From: Acidimicrobiia bacterium
Lineage (GTDB): Bacteria > Actinomycetota > Acidimicrobiia > Spongiisociales > ZC4RG35
DNA: 60,304 nt
NCBI GenBank assembly: GCA_040880765.1
Contig: JBBDHT010000085.1
Span: 1-60,304 of the forward strand
Direction of reading: 5' to 3'
The position numbers and the translations under genes were made by a program. The notes beneath the pieces are model-generated. The model saw only the letters and a list, made by a program, of their open reading frames with translations. It ran no database searches and had not been told where the DNA came from. Shown piece after piece: positions 8,870-19,578 of this stretch (within the stretch, counting starts at the first letter, position 1; every line of letters starts with the position of its first letter).

Positions 8870-8875
8870 TGTACA

Positions 8876-10300
8876 TCACATGTCGTAGTAGAGATGGAAC
8901 TCATAGGGATGCGGACGGAGACGCACCGGGTCGACCTCGTGCGCGGTCTTGTATTCGATCCAGGCCTCGATGAGGTCTTCGGTGAACACGCCACCCTGGA
9001 GCAGGAACTCGTGATCGTCCTTCAGAGCAGCCAGAGCCTCGGTCAGAGAACCGGGAACACTGGGCAGGCCTTCCAACTCAGCCGGTGGCAGGTCGTAGAT
9101 GTCCTTGTCGACCGGGTCGTGGGGCTCGATCTGGTTCTGGACGCCGTCGAGGCCGGCCAGCAACATCGCCGCGAACGCCAGGTACGGGTTGGCGGTCGGG
9201 TCAGGGCAGCGGAACTCGAGGCGCTTCGCCCCCGGGGCCTGGGAATACTGCGGAATCCTTATCGCCGCCGACCGGTTTCGGCTGGAGTAGACCAGGTTGA
9301 CCGGAGCCTCATAACCCGGTACCAAGCGGTGGTAGGAGTTCGTGGTCGGGGCAGCAAACGCAAGCACTGCAGGCGCATGCTTGAGCAGGCCCCCAATGTA
9401 CCAGCGTGCCATGTCGGAGAGCCCTGCGTAACCGCTCTCGTCGAAGAAGAGAGGGTCTCCGTCCTTCCACAGCGACTGGTGGGTGTGCATGCCGGATCCG
9501 TTGTCCTCGAAAACCGGCTTGGGCATGAACGTGACCGACTTGCCCGCCTCCCAGGCGGTGTTCTTCACGATGTACTTGTACAGCGTGACGTTGTCGGCGG
9601 TACGCAGCAAGGTGTCGAAGCGCATGTCGATCTCGGCCTGTCCGGCAGTGCCCACCTCATGGTGCTGGACCTCGATTTCAATACCAGCCGCCTCTAGGTT
9701 GGCGGTCATCTCCGAGCGGAGGTCCTGGAAGTGGTCGGTGGGGGGCACCGGGAAGTACCCCTCTTTGTACCGGGGCTTATATCCGAGGTTTCCGCCCTCT
9801 TCGACTCTTCCCGAGTTCCACGCACCCTCGACGGAGTCGACAAAGTAGTAACCGGAATGCTGGTTCTGACCGAATCGCACGTCGTCGAAAATGTAGAACT
9901 CGGCTTCGGGTCCCCAGTACGAAGTGTCGGCAATCCCGGTGCTGGCGAGGTAGTCCTCCGCTTTTCTCGCAACGTATCGAGGATCGCGATCATATGGGGC
10001 ACCGGTGAGCGGGTCGTGAACGAAGCAGTAGAGAATCAGGGTCTTTCGAGCCCGAAACTGGTCCTCGACGGCTGTGCCCGCATCGGGCACCAGGATCATG
10101 TCGGACTCCTGGATCTGTTGGAAACCCCGGATCGATGATCCGTCGAATCCGAAGCCATCTTCGAACGAAGCCTCGGTCAACTGGTGGGTGGGGACCGTGA
10201 AGTGCTGGACCTGGCCGGGCAAGTCGCAGAATCTGAGGTCGATGAACTCGTAGTCGCCCTCAGCTATGAGGGATAAGACGTCGGCAGCCGTCTTGGTCAC
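8876..10300 (-). CDS. glnA: Glutamine synthetase type I (GSI-beta)
   Basis: [46 protein letters not shown]; adenylylation motif DKDIYDLP. Confidence 0.98.
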   Translation of the reverse strand: MTKTAADVLSLIAEGDYEFIDLRFCDLPGQVQHFTVPTHQLTEASFEDGFGFDGSSIRGFQQIQESDMILVPDAGTAVEDQFRARKTLILYCFVHDPLTGAPYDRDPRYVARKAEDYLASTGIADTSYWGPEAEFYIFDDVRFGQNQHSGYYFVDSVEGAWNSGRVEEGGNLGYKPRYKEGYFPVPPTDHFQDLRSEMTANLEAAGIEIEVQHHEVGTAGQAEIDMRFDTLLRTADNVTLYKYIVKNTAWEAGKSVTFMPKPVFEDNGSGMHTHQSLWKDGDPLFFDESGYAGLSDMARWYIGGLLKHAPAVLAFAAPTTNSYHRLVPGYEAPVNLVYSSRNRSAAIRIPQYSQAPGAKRLEFRCPDPTANPYLAFAAMLLAGLDGVQNQIEPHDPVDKDIYDLPPAELEGLPSVPGSLTEALAALKDDHEFLLQGGVFTEDLIEAWIEYKTAHEVDPVRLRPHPYEFHLYYDM

Positions 10301-10357
10301 TTTTTGCCTCCTTATTGGCTATTGGCAGTGAGCTGGACTGATTTGTATCCGGGCGGG

Positions 10358-10395
10358 ATTTCTCACCCGTTGCTGAAATGTGAACGCTGTGTTTC
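10358..10395 (-). promoter_or_regulatory. Putative GlnR-binding boxes upstream of glnA
   Basis: The minus strand reads GAAAC-n6-TTCAC-n6-GCAAC-n6-GAAAT, matching the 11-bp-periodic gTnAc-n6-GaAAc pattern. Confidence 0.7.
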
Positions 10396-10458
10396 GTCGT
10401 TTCGCGCACGGTCCGCATATCCGCAAAACCTGGATCGTCAGTCACCATAATCGGCAGG

Positions 10459-11544
10459 GTGAAAGCTCTTGTGAGGCGTAGGGGTGAAGACCGGTTCCGT
10501 CAGGTCAGTGAGCTCGGTTCGGTTGAGGACCTCGACCTGGTCTGGGTCGACCTCAGCGGCGACGATGTTGCCGAAGCCGACTCGGTCCTCGCTTTTCTCG
10601 ATCTGATGCATGACGGCGCGCACAGCACGCCGGGAACCTCGATCAATGCCGCCGTCTCCGAAACCGAATCGTCCCTCTCGGTCCTGGTACCGACATTTGC
10701 CATCTCTGAGGCTGGCATGACAGCAGCCAGCTACCGCGCCGTCCTCGGAACACGCGCTCTCGTCACCATCCACTCCTCGCCGATACCGGCAATCGAGTAC
10801 CAGCTGGACTCCCTGGCCACAGGACCGGCAGGAACGATCAACCCGGCCGAACTGGCCTCGATCGTCGCTTCCGCCGTGAGCCGTCAGGTGCTACCACTCA
10901 TCGACGATTTGGAGATGCGCATCGACGGGCTCGAGGAGCTCGCCTTTGCCGCCGACCCCAACACGCTCATTCAGGTCCAGGCACTACGCCGTGATCTGAT
11001 CACATTGCGGCGCGTCGTCAGCCGCCAACGCGACCTCATGGACGACCTGTCGATTCTGGTCCACAACGCTGTGGGAGATCGGGGCCAGGCAGCATTCCGG
11101 CGTGTCTTCGACCACGACGCAAGACTGGTCGAGTTCATCGATTCCGCCAGAGCACTGCTTCAGTCGGTGCTCGAGACATACCGGGGTGCGGTTGCCGACC
11201 AGACCAACGAAATCGTCAGGGTGCTCACTGTCTTCTCGGCAATACTCCTGCCCTTGGCGCTTATCTCCGGCATCTGGGGGATGAACTTCGACCTGATTCC
11301 CGGCGACTCCGATCCGTGGGGGTTCTGGGCGATGATTGGCGGTATGGCCCTGTTTGCCGTCGGGCTCTGGGTCTATTTCTCGAAGCGAGGCTTCGTCGGG
11401 GCGCCGCGGCTCCGTGAGCTGCCGAAAGCAGTGGGCCTCGGGCTGATCCAGGTGGGCACCGCTCCGGTGAAAGCAATCGCCTCCGGTGTTGGCACGGGAA
11501 TCCAGCACCTCGACCGCCGCAAGCCGAATCCGCCGCAAGAGTAG
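10459..11544 (+). CDS. corA: CorA-family Mg2+/divalent cation transporter
   Basis: C-terminal two TM helices with the WGMNF signature. Confidence 0.88.
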   Translation: MKALVRRRGEDRFRQVSELGSVEDLDLVWVDLSGDDVAEADSVLAFLDLMHDGAHSTPGTSINAAVSETESSLSVLVPTFAISEAGMTAASYRAVLGTRALVTIHSSPIPAIEYQLDSLATGPAGTINPAELASIVASAVSRQVLPLIDDLEMRIDGLEELAFAADPNTLIQVQALRRDLITLRRVVSRQRDLMDDLSILVHNAVGDRGQAAFRRVFDHDARLVEFIDSARALLQSVLETYRGAVADQTNEIVRVLTVFSAILLPLALISGIWGMNFDLIPGDSDPWGFWAMIGGMALFAVGLWVYFSKRGFVGAPRLRELPKAVGLGLIQVGTAPVKAIASGVGTGIQHLDRRKPNPPQE

Positions 11545-14500
11545 TTAGCGGTGGCGGCTTGGGATGACCTCGACAGTGGCAAGGTCCTTCTCACCGGGAG
11601 GTCGTGACCCGGGTGCCACCAACCAGAAGTCTTCGAGCGACTCGCCCGATAGGACCGCTTCGGCCACCGGGCTACCGGTGAGCCTGAGATGCTCTTCGAT
11701 CATGGCACGGACCCGTACCAGCCCGGATTCGTCCGGTCGGTGGATCTTCGGGGCTGTGTCAGCGAGGCGGCCTTTGAAGCGATGGTCAGGGTCCCAGACG
11801 AATACCTCACCGCCGGTCATCCCTGCGGCGAAGTTGCGACCGACTTCACCGAGGATGACGGCAGTCCCGCCGGTCATGTACTCACATCCGTGGTCGGAGC
11901 AACCTTCGACGACAACCTGTGCCCCCGAGTTCCGGACTGCGAAACGCTGGCCGACCTTGCCGGCCAGGAAGAGCTTGCCCCCAGTTGCCCCGTACAACAC
12001 GGCATTTCCCGCGGCCTGTGGGATGCCATCTCGCCGCGGCGGGGAGACCGAGATGAGGCCACCACCCATGCCTTTGCCCACGTAGTCGTTGGCAGTCCCC
12101 GACAGCCTCAGCGACACCCCGTTCGTCAGCCACGCTCCGAGGCTCTGACCCGCGGTTCCGGACAGGTACACGTCGATCGTGCCCTCCGGCAAACCCTCGT
12201 CCCCGTACTTGGCGGCGATGGTACCGGCGAGGCGACTGCCGATGGCCCTGTCCACGTTCCGGATCGGGTAGTGCAATTCGACGCTGGACCCTTCGGCGAT
12301 CGCACCTCTGGCATCGGCCACCAGGCGCAACGAGAGACTCGACAGGGGGATCGCGCGGTAGCCCTCATGAGCTTTCCGACCGGTGGATTCGACGAGGATC
12401 CCGGCGAGATCCGCCGCTAGGGGGTGCTTCTGGTCGATCGGACGGAGCAGGTTTGCCCTGCCGACGATCTCTTCTATCGAACGCGCACCGAGCGACGACA
12501 GAAGATGACGGACCTCCTCGGCAAGGTGCTGGAACAACACCACCACCTGGTCCGCCGAGCCGCCGAACTTCGCCCGCAGATCGAGGTCCTGGGTGGCGAT
12601 CCCGACCGGGCAGGTGTTGAGGTGGCACTGGCGGACCATCTTGCACCCCATGGCAAGCAAAGGAAGAGTGCCAAAGCCGAACCTCTCGGCACCGAGAAGG
12701 GCGGCGATGACCACATCGCGGCCCGTACGGAGCCCCCCGTCTGTTTCCAGGACGACACTGGAGCGCTGGCCGTTGGCGACGAGAACCTGGTGCGCCTCGG
12801 CGATACCCAACTCCCAGGGAGACCCGGCGTGTTTGATCGAGACCAGCGGTGAGGCTCCGGTGCCGCCTTCCGATCCGGAAATCGTGATCACATCGGCGTC
12901 CGCCTTGGCGACACCAACAGCGATCGTGCCGACGCCAGGCTCGCTGACCAGCTTCACCGACACCCTTGCCCCTGGCTTGAAAGCCTTCAGGTCGTAGATG
13001 AGCTGGGCCAGGTCTTCGATCGAGTAAATGTCATGGTGGGGAGGTGGGGAGATCAGGGTGACACCGGGCTCGGTGTGCCGGAGCCTGGCGATCTGTGGGG
13101 TCACCTTATGTCCGGGGAGCTGCCCGCCCTCGCCGGGTTTAGAGCCCTGGGCCATCTTGATCTGCAGCTCTTCTGCCGAGTTGAGATACGCCGGGGTCAC
13201 CCCAAAACGACCCGAGGCCACCTGTTTGATTGCCGAGTTCCGCTTGGTCCCGAAACGGGACGGATCCTCGCCGCCCTCACCAGAGTTGGACCGGGCCCCG
13301 ATCATGTTCATGGCGATCGCCAGCGACTCGTGGGCCTCCTGGGATAGCGCACCCAGAGACATCGCCGCCGTAGTGAAGCGGCGCATGATGTATTCCGCCG
13401 ATTCCACCTCTTCGATGGGCACCGGCTCGCGTTGGACGAACGTGAGCAGGTCTCGCACCACTGCCGGCGGACGCGAGTTGATGGTTTCGAGATATCGCGT
13501 CCAGGCGTCGGCCTCCCCGGAACGAACCGACTTCTGCAGGTCGAGCACCACTTTCGGGCCGGTGATGTGGGGGTCTTCTCCGCGACGGTGTTTGTAGAAG
13601 CCACCTGATGCCGGCTCACCCGCGACGTAGAGCTCGTGTCGGGCAAGGGCGTGGGCGGCAAGATCCTCGATACCCGAACCGCGCAGGCGTCGGGGCGCGT
13701 TGCGGAAGGCCCGGCGGCAGACCTTTTCGGAAAGCCCGATCACCTCGAACAATTCCGATCCACGGTAAGCGGACAGGGTGCAGATCCCCATCTTGGACAT
13801 GATCTTGAGAATCCCTGCTTCCAGGGCGGCCCGGTAATTTTCCTGGGCTGTCACCGGGTCGACCTCGACCTGGCCCCGGGTGGCGAGCCCGATCACCTGG
13901 TCGATCGCCAGGTATGGGTTCACGGCGGAGGCTCCAAACCCGATCAGGCAGGCCACATCATGGGCGTCCCTTGGCTCACCGGAGACAACTACCAGCGAGA
14001 CGTCGCCACGGACCCCCTCATCGATGAGATGGTGGTGGACCGCCCCGACTGCCAGCAGCACGGGGATGGGAGCCTGGTCGGCACCGGTCTCCCGGTCGGA
14101 GAGGACGAGGATCGTCGCCCCGAGCTTGACCGCCTGGGCCGCCTCGGCACAGATCTCATCCAGACGCTGCTCCATCCCTTCAACACCACGCGATGCGCTC
14201 CATGTCACCGGGATCCAGTGTGAGAAGAAGCGCGGGTCACCGGAACGAACGATCGACTCGAGCTCGGCATCGGAGAGAACAGGGCTGAAAAGTTCGATGA
14301 GGTGGGCCTGGGATGGCTGGTCCTCGAGCAGTGGCCCGCGTCGACCGAGCTGGATCCGCAGCGACATGACGAGGTGTTCCCGGATCGGGTCCATCGGCGG
14401 GTTGGTCACCTGAGCGAACATCTGGTGGAAGTAACGGGTCAACCGCCGTGGCCTCTCCGCAAGGACGGCAAGCCCGGTGTCGTCACCCATCGAACCGATA

Positions 14501-15912
14501 GGGTCGGTGCCCTCAGCCATCGGGGCGAGGATGAGCCTGACCTCCTCGGCGGTGTAACCGAAGACACGGGAGAGAGCGTCGGCATCGAACCGGTCATCAG
14601 CCTCCGGGTCGAACGGAGCCTCGATATGGAGTGTTTCGGTGTTGACCCAGTTGTCGTACGGATGCAGCGAGGCCAGTTCGGCGCGAACCTCACCGGAGTG
14701 GCGGACCTCGCCCGTGACGCCGTCGAAGAGGAGAAACTCGCCGGGTCCCAGCTGGCCGGTGTCGATGGCACGGGCCTCTTCCTCCGGGCACACCCCGGCC
14801 TCCGAAGCGACCAGGACGACTTCAGGGGTGATCGACCAGCGGGCCGGTCGCAGGCCGTTACGGTCCATGCCGGCGAGCAGCGAGACTCCATCGGTGACCG
14901 AGATGGCAGCAGGACCGTCCCACGGCTCGGTGAGAAAGGCGTGATAGGCGTAGAAGGCTGCCAGTTCGGGCGGCAGGTCGTTTACGTTCTCCCAGGCCGA
15001 GGGGATCAGCAGTTCCTTGACGTGGGCCAGGGAACGCCCGCTCTGCATCAAGAGCTCGTAGGCGTTGTCGAGGCTCCCGGAGTCGGAGATCCCGGGCTGG
15101 AGGAACGGGAGAAGGTCGGCGAATCGGTCGCCCCAGGTGACAGGGGTGGCTCCTCGCTCCCGGGCCTTCATCCAGGATCGGTTGGATTGGATGGTGTTGA
15201 TCTCGCCGTTGTGGGCCAGCACCCGGAACGGCTGGGCGTTGTCCCAGCTCGGGAAGGTATTCGTGGAGTAGCGCTGGTGGAATATGGCAAAGGCCGTCTC
15301 GAAGTCCGGGTCGCGTAGGTCCCAGTAGAAGTCCGAGACGCGACTGGCGGTGAACAGCCCTTTGTAGACGACGGTGCGGCCCGATGCGGAGGGAATCGAC
15401 AGGCCGGGCTTGGCAACCCGTTCGATCCGCTTGCGCGCCAGGTAAAGGGTTCGTTCCAGATCAATGGCGTCGGTGTCGCCGGTGACGATCGCCTGTTCGA
15501 TCAGAGGAAGCACATCGCGGGCGTGTTCACCGAGAACGGTCGGGTCGATGGGGACCGATCGCCAGAACATGACTTTGAGCCCTTCGGCCTCCAGGGCGTC
15601 GTTGACGATGGCCCGGGATTCTCCAGCCTCCATCGGGGGGAGGAAGCACATGACGACGCCGAGACGGTCGCGGTCGATCTCCAAGCCATGGCCGGCGAGC
15701 TCGCGCTCGATCAATCGATAAGGGATCTGGGTGAGAAGTCCGGCTCCATCACCGGTTCCGTCGGCGGCTCTTGCCCCGCGGTGGTCGAGTCTCTCCAAGC
15801 ATTCGACAGCAAGCCTGGTGAGGCGGTAAGAGGGTGCCCGGTCCAGCGCGGCAATGAAACCGACGCCACAAGCGTCGTGCTCAAAACCTGGATCGATCAA
15901 CGGACGGGTCAC
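11545..15912 (-). CDS. gltB: Glutamate synthase large subunit
   Basis: DACGVGF N-terminus, HQRYSTNT, HNGEINT, IKMAQGSKPGEGGQLPG, 3Fe-4S motif CKMVRQCHLNTC, and GXGXG C-terminal repeats. Confidence 0.97.
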   Translation of the reverse strand: MTRPLIDPGFEHDACGVGFIAALDRAPSYRLTRLAVECLERLDHRGARAADGTGDGAGLLTQIPYRLIERELAGHGLEIDRDRLGVVMCFLPPMEAGESRAIVNDALEAEGLKVMFWRSVPIDPTVLGEHARDVLPLIEQAIVTGDTDAIDLERTLYLARKRIERVAKPGLSIPSASGRTVVYKGLFTASRVSDFYWDLRDPDFETAFAIFHQRYSTNTFPSWDNAQPFRVLAHNGEINTIQSNRSWMKARERGATPVTWGDRFADLLPFLQPGISDSGSLDNAYELLMQSGRSLAHVKELLIPSAWENVNDLPPELAAFYAYHAFLTEPWDGPAAISVTDGVSLLAGMDRNGLRPARWSITPEVVLVASEAGVCPEEEARAIDTGQLGPGEFLLFDGVTGEVRHSGEVRAELASLHPYDNWVNTETLHIEAPFDPEADDRFDADALSRVFGYTAEEVRLILAPMAEGTDPIGSMGDDTGLAVLAERPRRLTRYFHQMFAQVTNPPMDPIREHLVMSLRIQLGRRGPLLEDQPSQAHLIELFSPVLSDAELESIVRSGDPRFFSHWIPVTWSASRGVEGMEQRLDEICAEAAQAVKLGATILVLSDRETGADQAPIPVLLAVGAVHHHLIDEGVRGDVSLVVVSGEPRDAHDVACLIGFGASAVNPYLAIDQVIGLATRGQVEVDPVTAQENYRAALEAGILKIMSKMGICTLSAYRGSELFEVIGLSEKVCRRAFRNAPRRLRGSGIEDLAAHALARHELYVAGEPASGGFYKHRRGEDPHITGPKVVLDLQKSVRSGEADAWTRYLETINSRPPAVVRDLLTFVQREPVPIEEVESAEYIMRRFTTAAMSLGALSQEAHESLAIAMNMIGARSNSGEGGEDPSRFGTKRNSAIKQVASGRFGVTPAYLNSAEELQIKMAQGSKPGEGGQLPGHKVTPQIARLRHTEPGVTLISPPPHHDIYSIEDLAQLIYDLKAFKPGARVSVKLVSEPGVGTIAVGVAKADADVITISGSEGGTGASPLVSIKHAGSPWELGIAEAHQVLVANGQRSSVVLETDGGLRTGRDVVIAALLGAERFGFGTLPLLAMGCKMVRQCHLNTCPVGIATQDLDLRAKFGGSADQVVVLFQHLAEEVRHLLSSLGARSIEEIVGRANLLRPIDQKHPLAADLAGILVESTGRKAHEGYRAIPLSSLSLRLVADARGAIAEGSSVELHYPIRNVDRAIGSRLAGTIAAKYGDEGLPEGTIDVYLSGTAGQSLGAWLTNGVSLRLSGTANDYVGKGMGGGLISVSPPRRDGIPQAAGNAVLYGATGGKLFLAGKVGQRFAVRNSGAQVVVEGCSDHGCEYMTGGTAVILGEVGRNFAAGMTGGEVFVWDPDHRFKGRLADTAPKIHRPDESGLVRVRAMIEEHLRLTGSPVAEAVLSGESLEDFWLVAPGSRPPGEKDLATVEVIPSRHR

Positions 15913-15974
15913 AAGCCCCCTAAAAGTGGGAGCGCTCCATTGTAAACGCCGTGGAAGCCGTGCAGAAAACGACG

Positions 15975-16095
15975 CGTTCCTAAGGCGCAGCGTCTCACAT
16001 ATGATACCTGGGGCGTACAGAACGCACGAGGTGGTCGCCGGGACACGAACTGAACCCCCAGGGACTCATATTTGATAGCTAGATCCTTAGGAACG
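15975..16095. repeat. 121-bp imperfect palindrome (MITE/REP-like)
   Basis: Arms CGTTCCTAAGG/CCTTAGGAACG, ATATGA/TCATAT and CCTGGGG/CCCCAGG. Confidence 0.7.
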
Positions 16096-16124
16096 GGTAA
16101 CTACGACTACCGTCCGGTGACGTC

Positions 16125-17395
<1,271 letters not shown>

Positions 17396-17399
<4 letters not shown>

Positions 17400-18628
17400 G
17401 AGTCCTCCTGATCGGGAGCGGCGGCCGGGAGCATGCCTTCGGCTGGAAACTCGCCCAATCTCCGAGAGTCAAGGAGCTGGTCTCTCTCCCCGGCAACCCG
17501 GGGCTCGCTGAGTTGGGCCCCACTGTCGAGGGCATTGCCGCCACCGACGTCGGGGCCATCGCCGCCATGGCCCGGATCCAGAAGATCGACCTGGTGGTGG
17601 TGGGACCGGAAGCCCCTCTCGCCGCCGGGGTATCCGATGCGGTGTCGCGTCTCGGGATCCCTGTCTTCGGACCGACCCGTGCCGCGTCGCGTCTCGAGTC
17701 GTCGAAACAGTTCGCCAAAGAGGTGATGCGCCGAGCCGGGGTGGCCACCGCTGCTTCAGGTTCCTTCGACGATCCGGCAACCGCCCGCACCTACCTGGAG
17801 ACGATGGAACCGCCCTACGTCGTCAAGGCCGACGGCCTCGCCGCCGGCAAGGGTGTCCTGGTCACCGACTCGGTCGCCGAGGCCCGGGACTGGGTCGACC
17901 GCTGCTTCGAGGGTGATTTCGGTAAGGCCGGGTCGTCAGTCCTCATCGAAGAGTTCCTCGACGGCCCCGAGATCAGTGTCTTCGCAGTGTGCACCGAATC
18001 CCGAGCGGTGGCCCTGGAACCGGCGCGCGATTACAAGCGACTACTCGATGGCGACGAAGGCCCTAACACCGGTGGGATGGGCTCGTACTCACCGGTCCCC
18101 GACTTGCCAGACGACCTGTTGGCACGAACCATGACGGAGGTGATCGAACCAACGCTTGCGCAGATGAAGGAAGACGGGAACGCCTTCACCGGGTTTCTCT
18201 ATGCGGGTTTGGTCCTGACCGCCGACGGTCTCCGGGTCCTCGAATTCAATGTGCGCCTCGGGGATCCCGAAACCCAGGCGGTGCTTCCCCGGATGAGCAA
18301 CGACCTCGTCGATGTCCTCGAAGGCGCCACCCCGGAGTGGTCGGACATCGCGACGGTGAACGTGGTCCTCGCCGCCAAGGGCTATCCCATCGCCCCGGAG
18401 AAAGGCGCAACCATCAAAGGCCTGGCCAACGTTCCTGACGACGTCATCGTCTTCCATGCCGGGACCGCCCGGGACGGAAAGAAGCTGGTGGTCGACGGAG
18501 GACGCGTCCTGAGCGTTGTCGGTGTCGGTCCGGACATCACCTCAGCCCGAGACCGCGCCTACGCCGCAGCAGAAGCAGTCCGCTGGCCAGGGAAGCAGTT
18601 CCGCTCCGATATCGCCGCTCAGCCCTGA
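17396..18628 (+). CDS. purD: Phosphoribosylamine-glycine ligase
   Basis: GSGGREHA, VKADGLAAGKGV, GPNTGGMG, EFNVRLGDPE; ATGA overlap with purA. Confidence 0.97.
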
Positions 18629-18776
18629 GACCCAATAGATGGCGGAAGGCATGTGACTCGTCACCCCAGACCACCAACTCGTTGTTCACCGACGCCCATT
18701 TATTGGCTGTGGAGCAGTCGGCGAGCTTGGTGGCGAGACTGATATGTGAACGGTGTGTTTTGAAGGCGTCGCCCGT

Positions 18777-18829
18777 CGCTTCTGTGAGATTTAACGCGTC
18801 ACCCAAGGTTGAAAATCTTCACAGAACGG
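18777..18829. repeat. 53-bp palindromic repeat (CCGTTCTGTG...CACAGAACGG family)
   Basis: TTCTGTGAGATTT...AAATCTTCACAGAACGG. Confidence 0.75.
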
Positions 18830-18975
18830 CTCTGTGATCGGAGGTCAGGTACCGGATGAGACGGGCCGGCCGTGCCCGTTCCATCCGGAGCGTTCCCTAC
18901 TGCTCAACCTCTCTATGCCCGGACGGGTCGGGAAATAACAGATTTTGTTCCGACCGCCACATCCGGTCGGTAGTT

Positions 18976-19578
18976 TTGTCACTCGACGCGCTCATCGGGC
19001 ACTTACCAGTTGAGAGAGGTGCAAATCTGACTCCGCAGGAAGCCAAGTTCACCGACATCTACGATCGGTACTACGGGAAGGTCCACGCGTACTGCCTCCG
19101 ACGGTCGGATCGCGATCAGGTCGAGGATGTCGTGGCCAGCGTCTTCTTCGTAGCCTGGCGAAAGATCGACGACATCCCAACCGGCACACAGGCCCTCTAC
19201 TGGCTCTACCGCGTGGCGTACCGCAGTATCGGACGCCAATGGCGGGGATCAGCTCGTCAGAGACAATTGAAGAAGAAGCTCGACGGTCTTGGCCGGGATA
19301 TGCCGATTCCTCCCGAAGACTTTGTCGTTCAGGACGAGGAGACACAGATCGTCTTGACCGCCATCCAGGGACTCCGTCCCAGAGACCGTGAGGCGTTACT
19401 GCTGGCGGAGTGGGAGCAACTCTCCGGGCCCGAGGTCGCCGAGATACTCGATATCTCTCACGCAGCCGCCAAGCAGCGGATCCACCGAGCACGTCGCAGT
19501 CTCACCCAGGAGTACAACCGCATCGCAACCCGCCAGAAGCAAGTTCCCGCTGCTCAGGAAGGAGGTGCGTGGTGTTAA
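18976..19578 (+). CDS. ECF RNA polymerase sigma factor
   Basis: Region 2 (VEDVVASVFFVAWRK, WLYRVA) and region 4 (LRPRDREALLL..EVAEILD..AKQRIHRAR). The start is uncertain (TTG 18976 or CTG 19027). Confidence 0.9.
   Translation: MSLDALIGHLPVERGANLTPQEAKFTDIYDRYYGKVHAYCLRRSDRDQVEDVVASVFFVAWRKIDDIPTGTQALYWLYRVAYRSIGRQWRGSARQRQLKKKLDGLGRDMPIPPEDFVVQDEETQIVLTAIQGLRPRDREALLLAEWEQLSGPEVAEILDISHAAAKQRIHRARRSLTQEYNRIATRQKQVPAAQEGGAWC

Larger units (their letters stand above)
1..8875. mobile_element. Integrative mobilizable element (int + xis + MobF relaxase + cargo), right portion, inserted at the glnA 3' end
   Basis: The tyrosine integrase ends 25 bp from the glnA stop, next to an HTH excisionase and a MobF relaxase with hypothetical cargo beyond. 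The left boundary is not visible. Confidence 0.75.

Noticed and set aside
8851-8875. tRNA or tmRNA integration target next to the integrase
   Set aside because: Only 25 bp separate int from glnA and no cloverleaf sequence is present.
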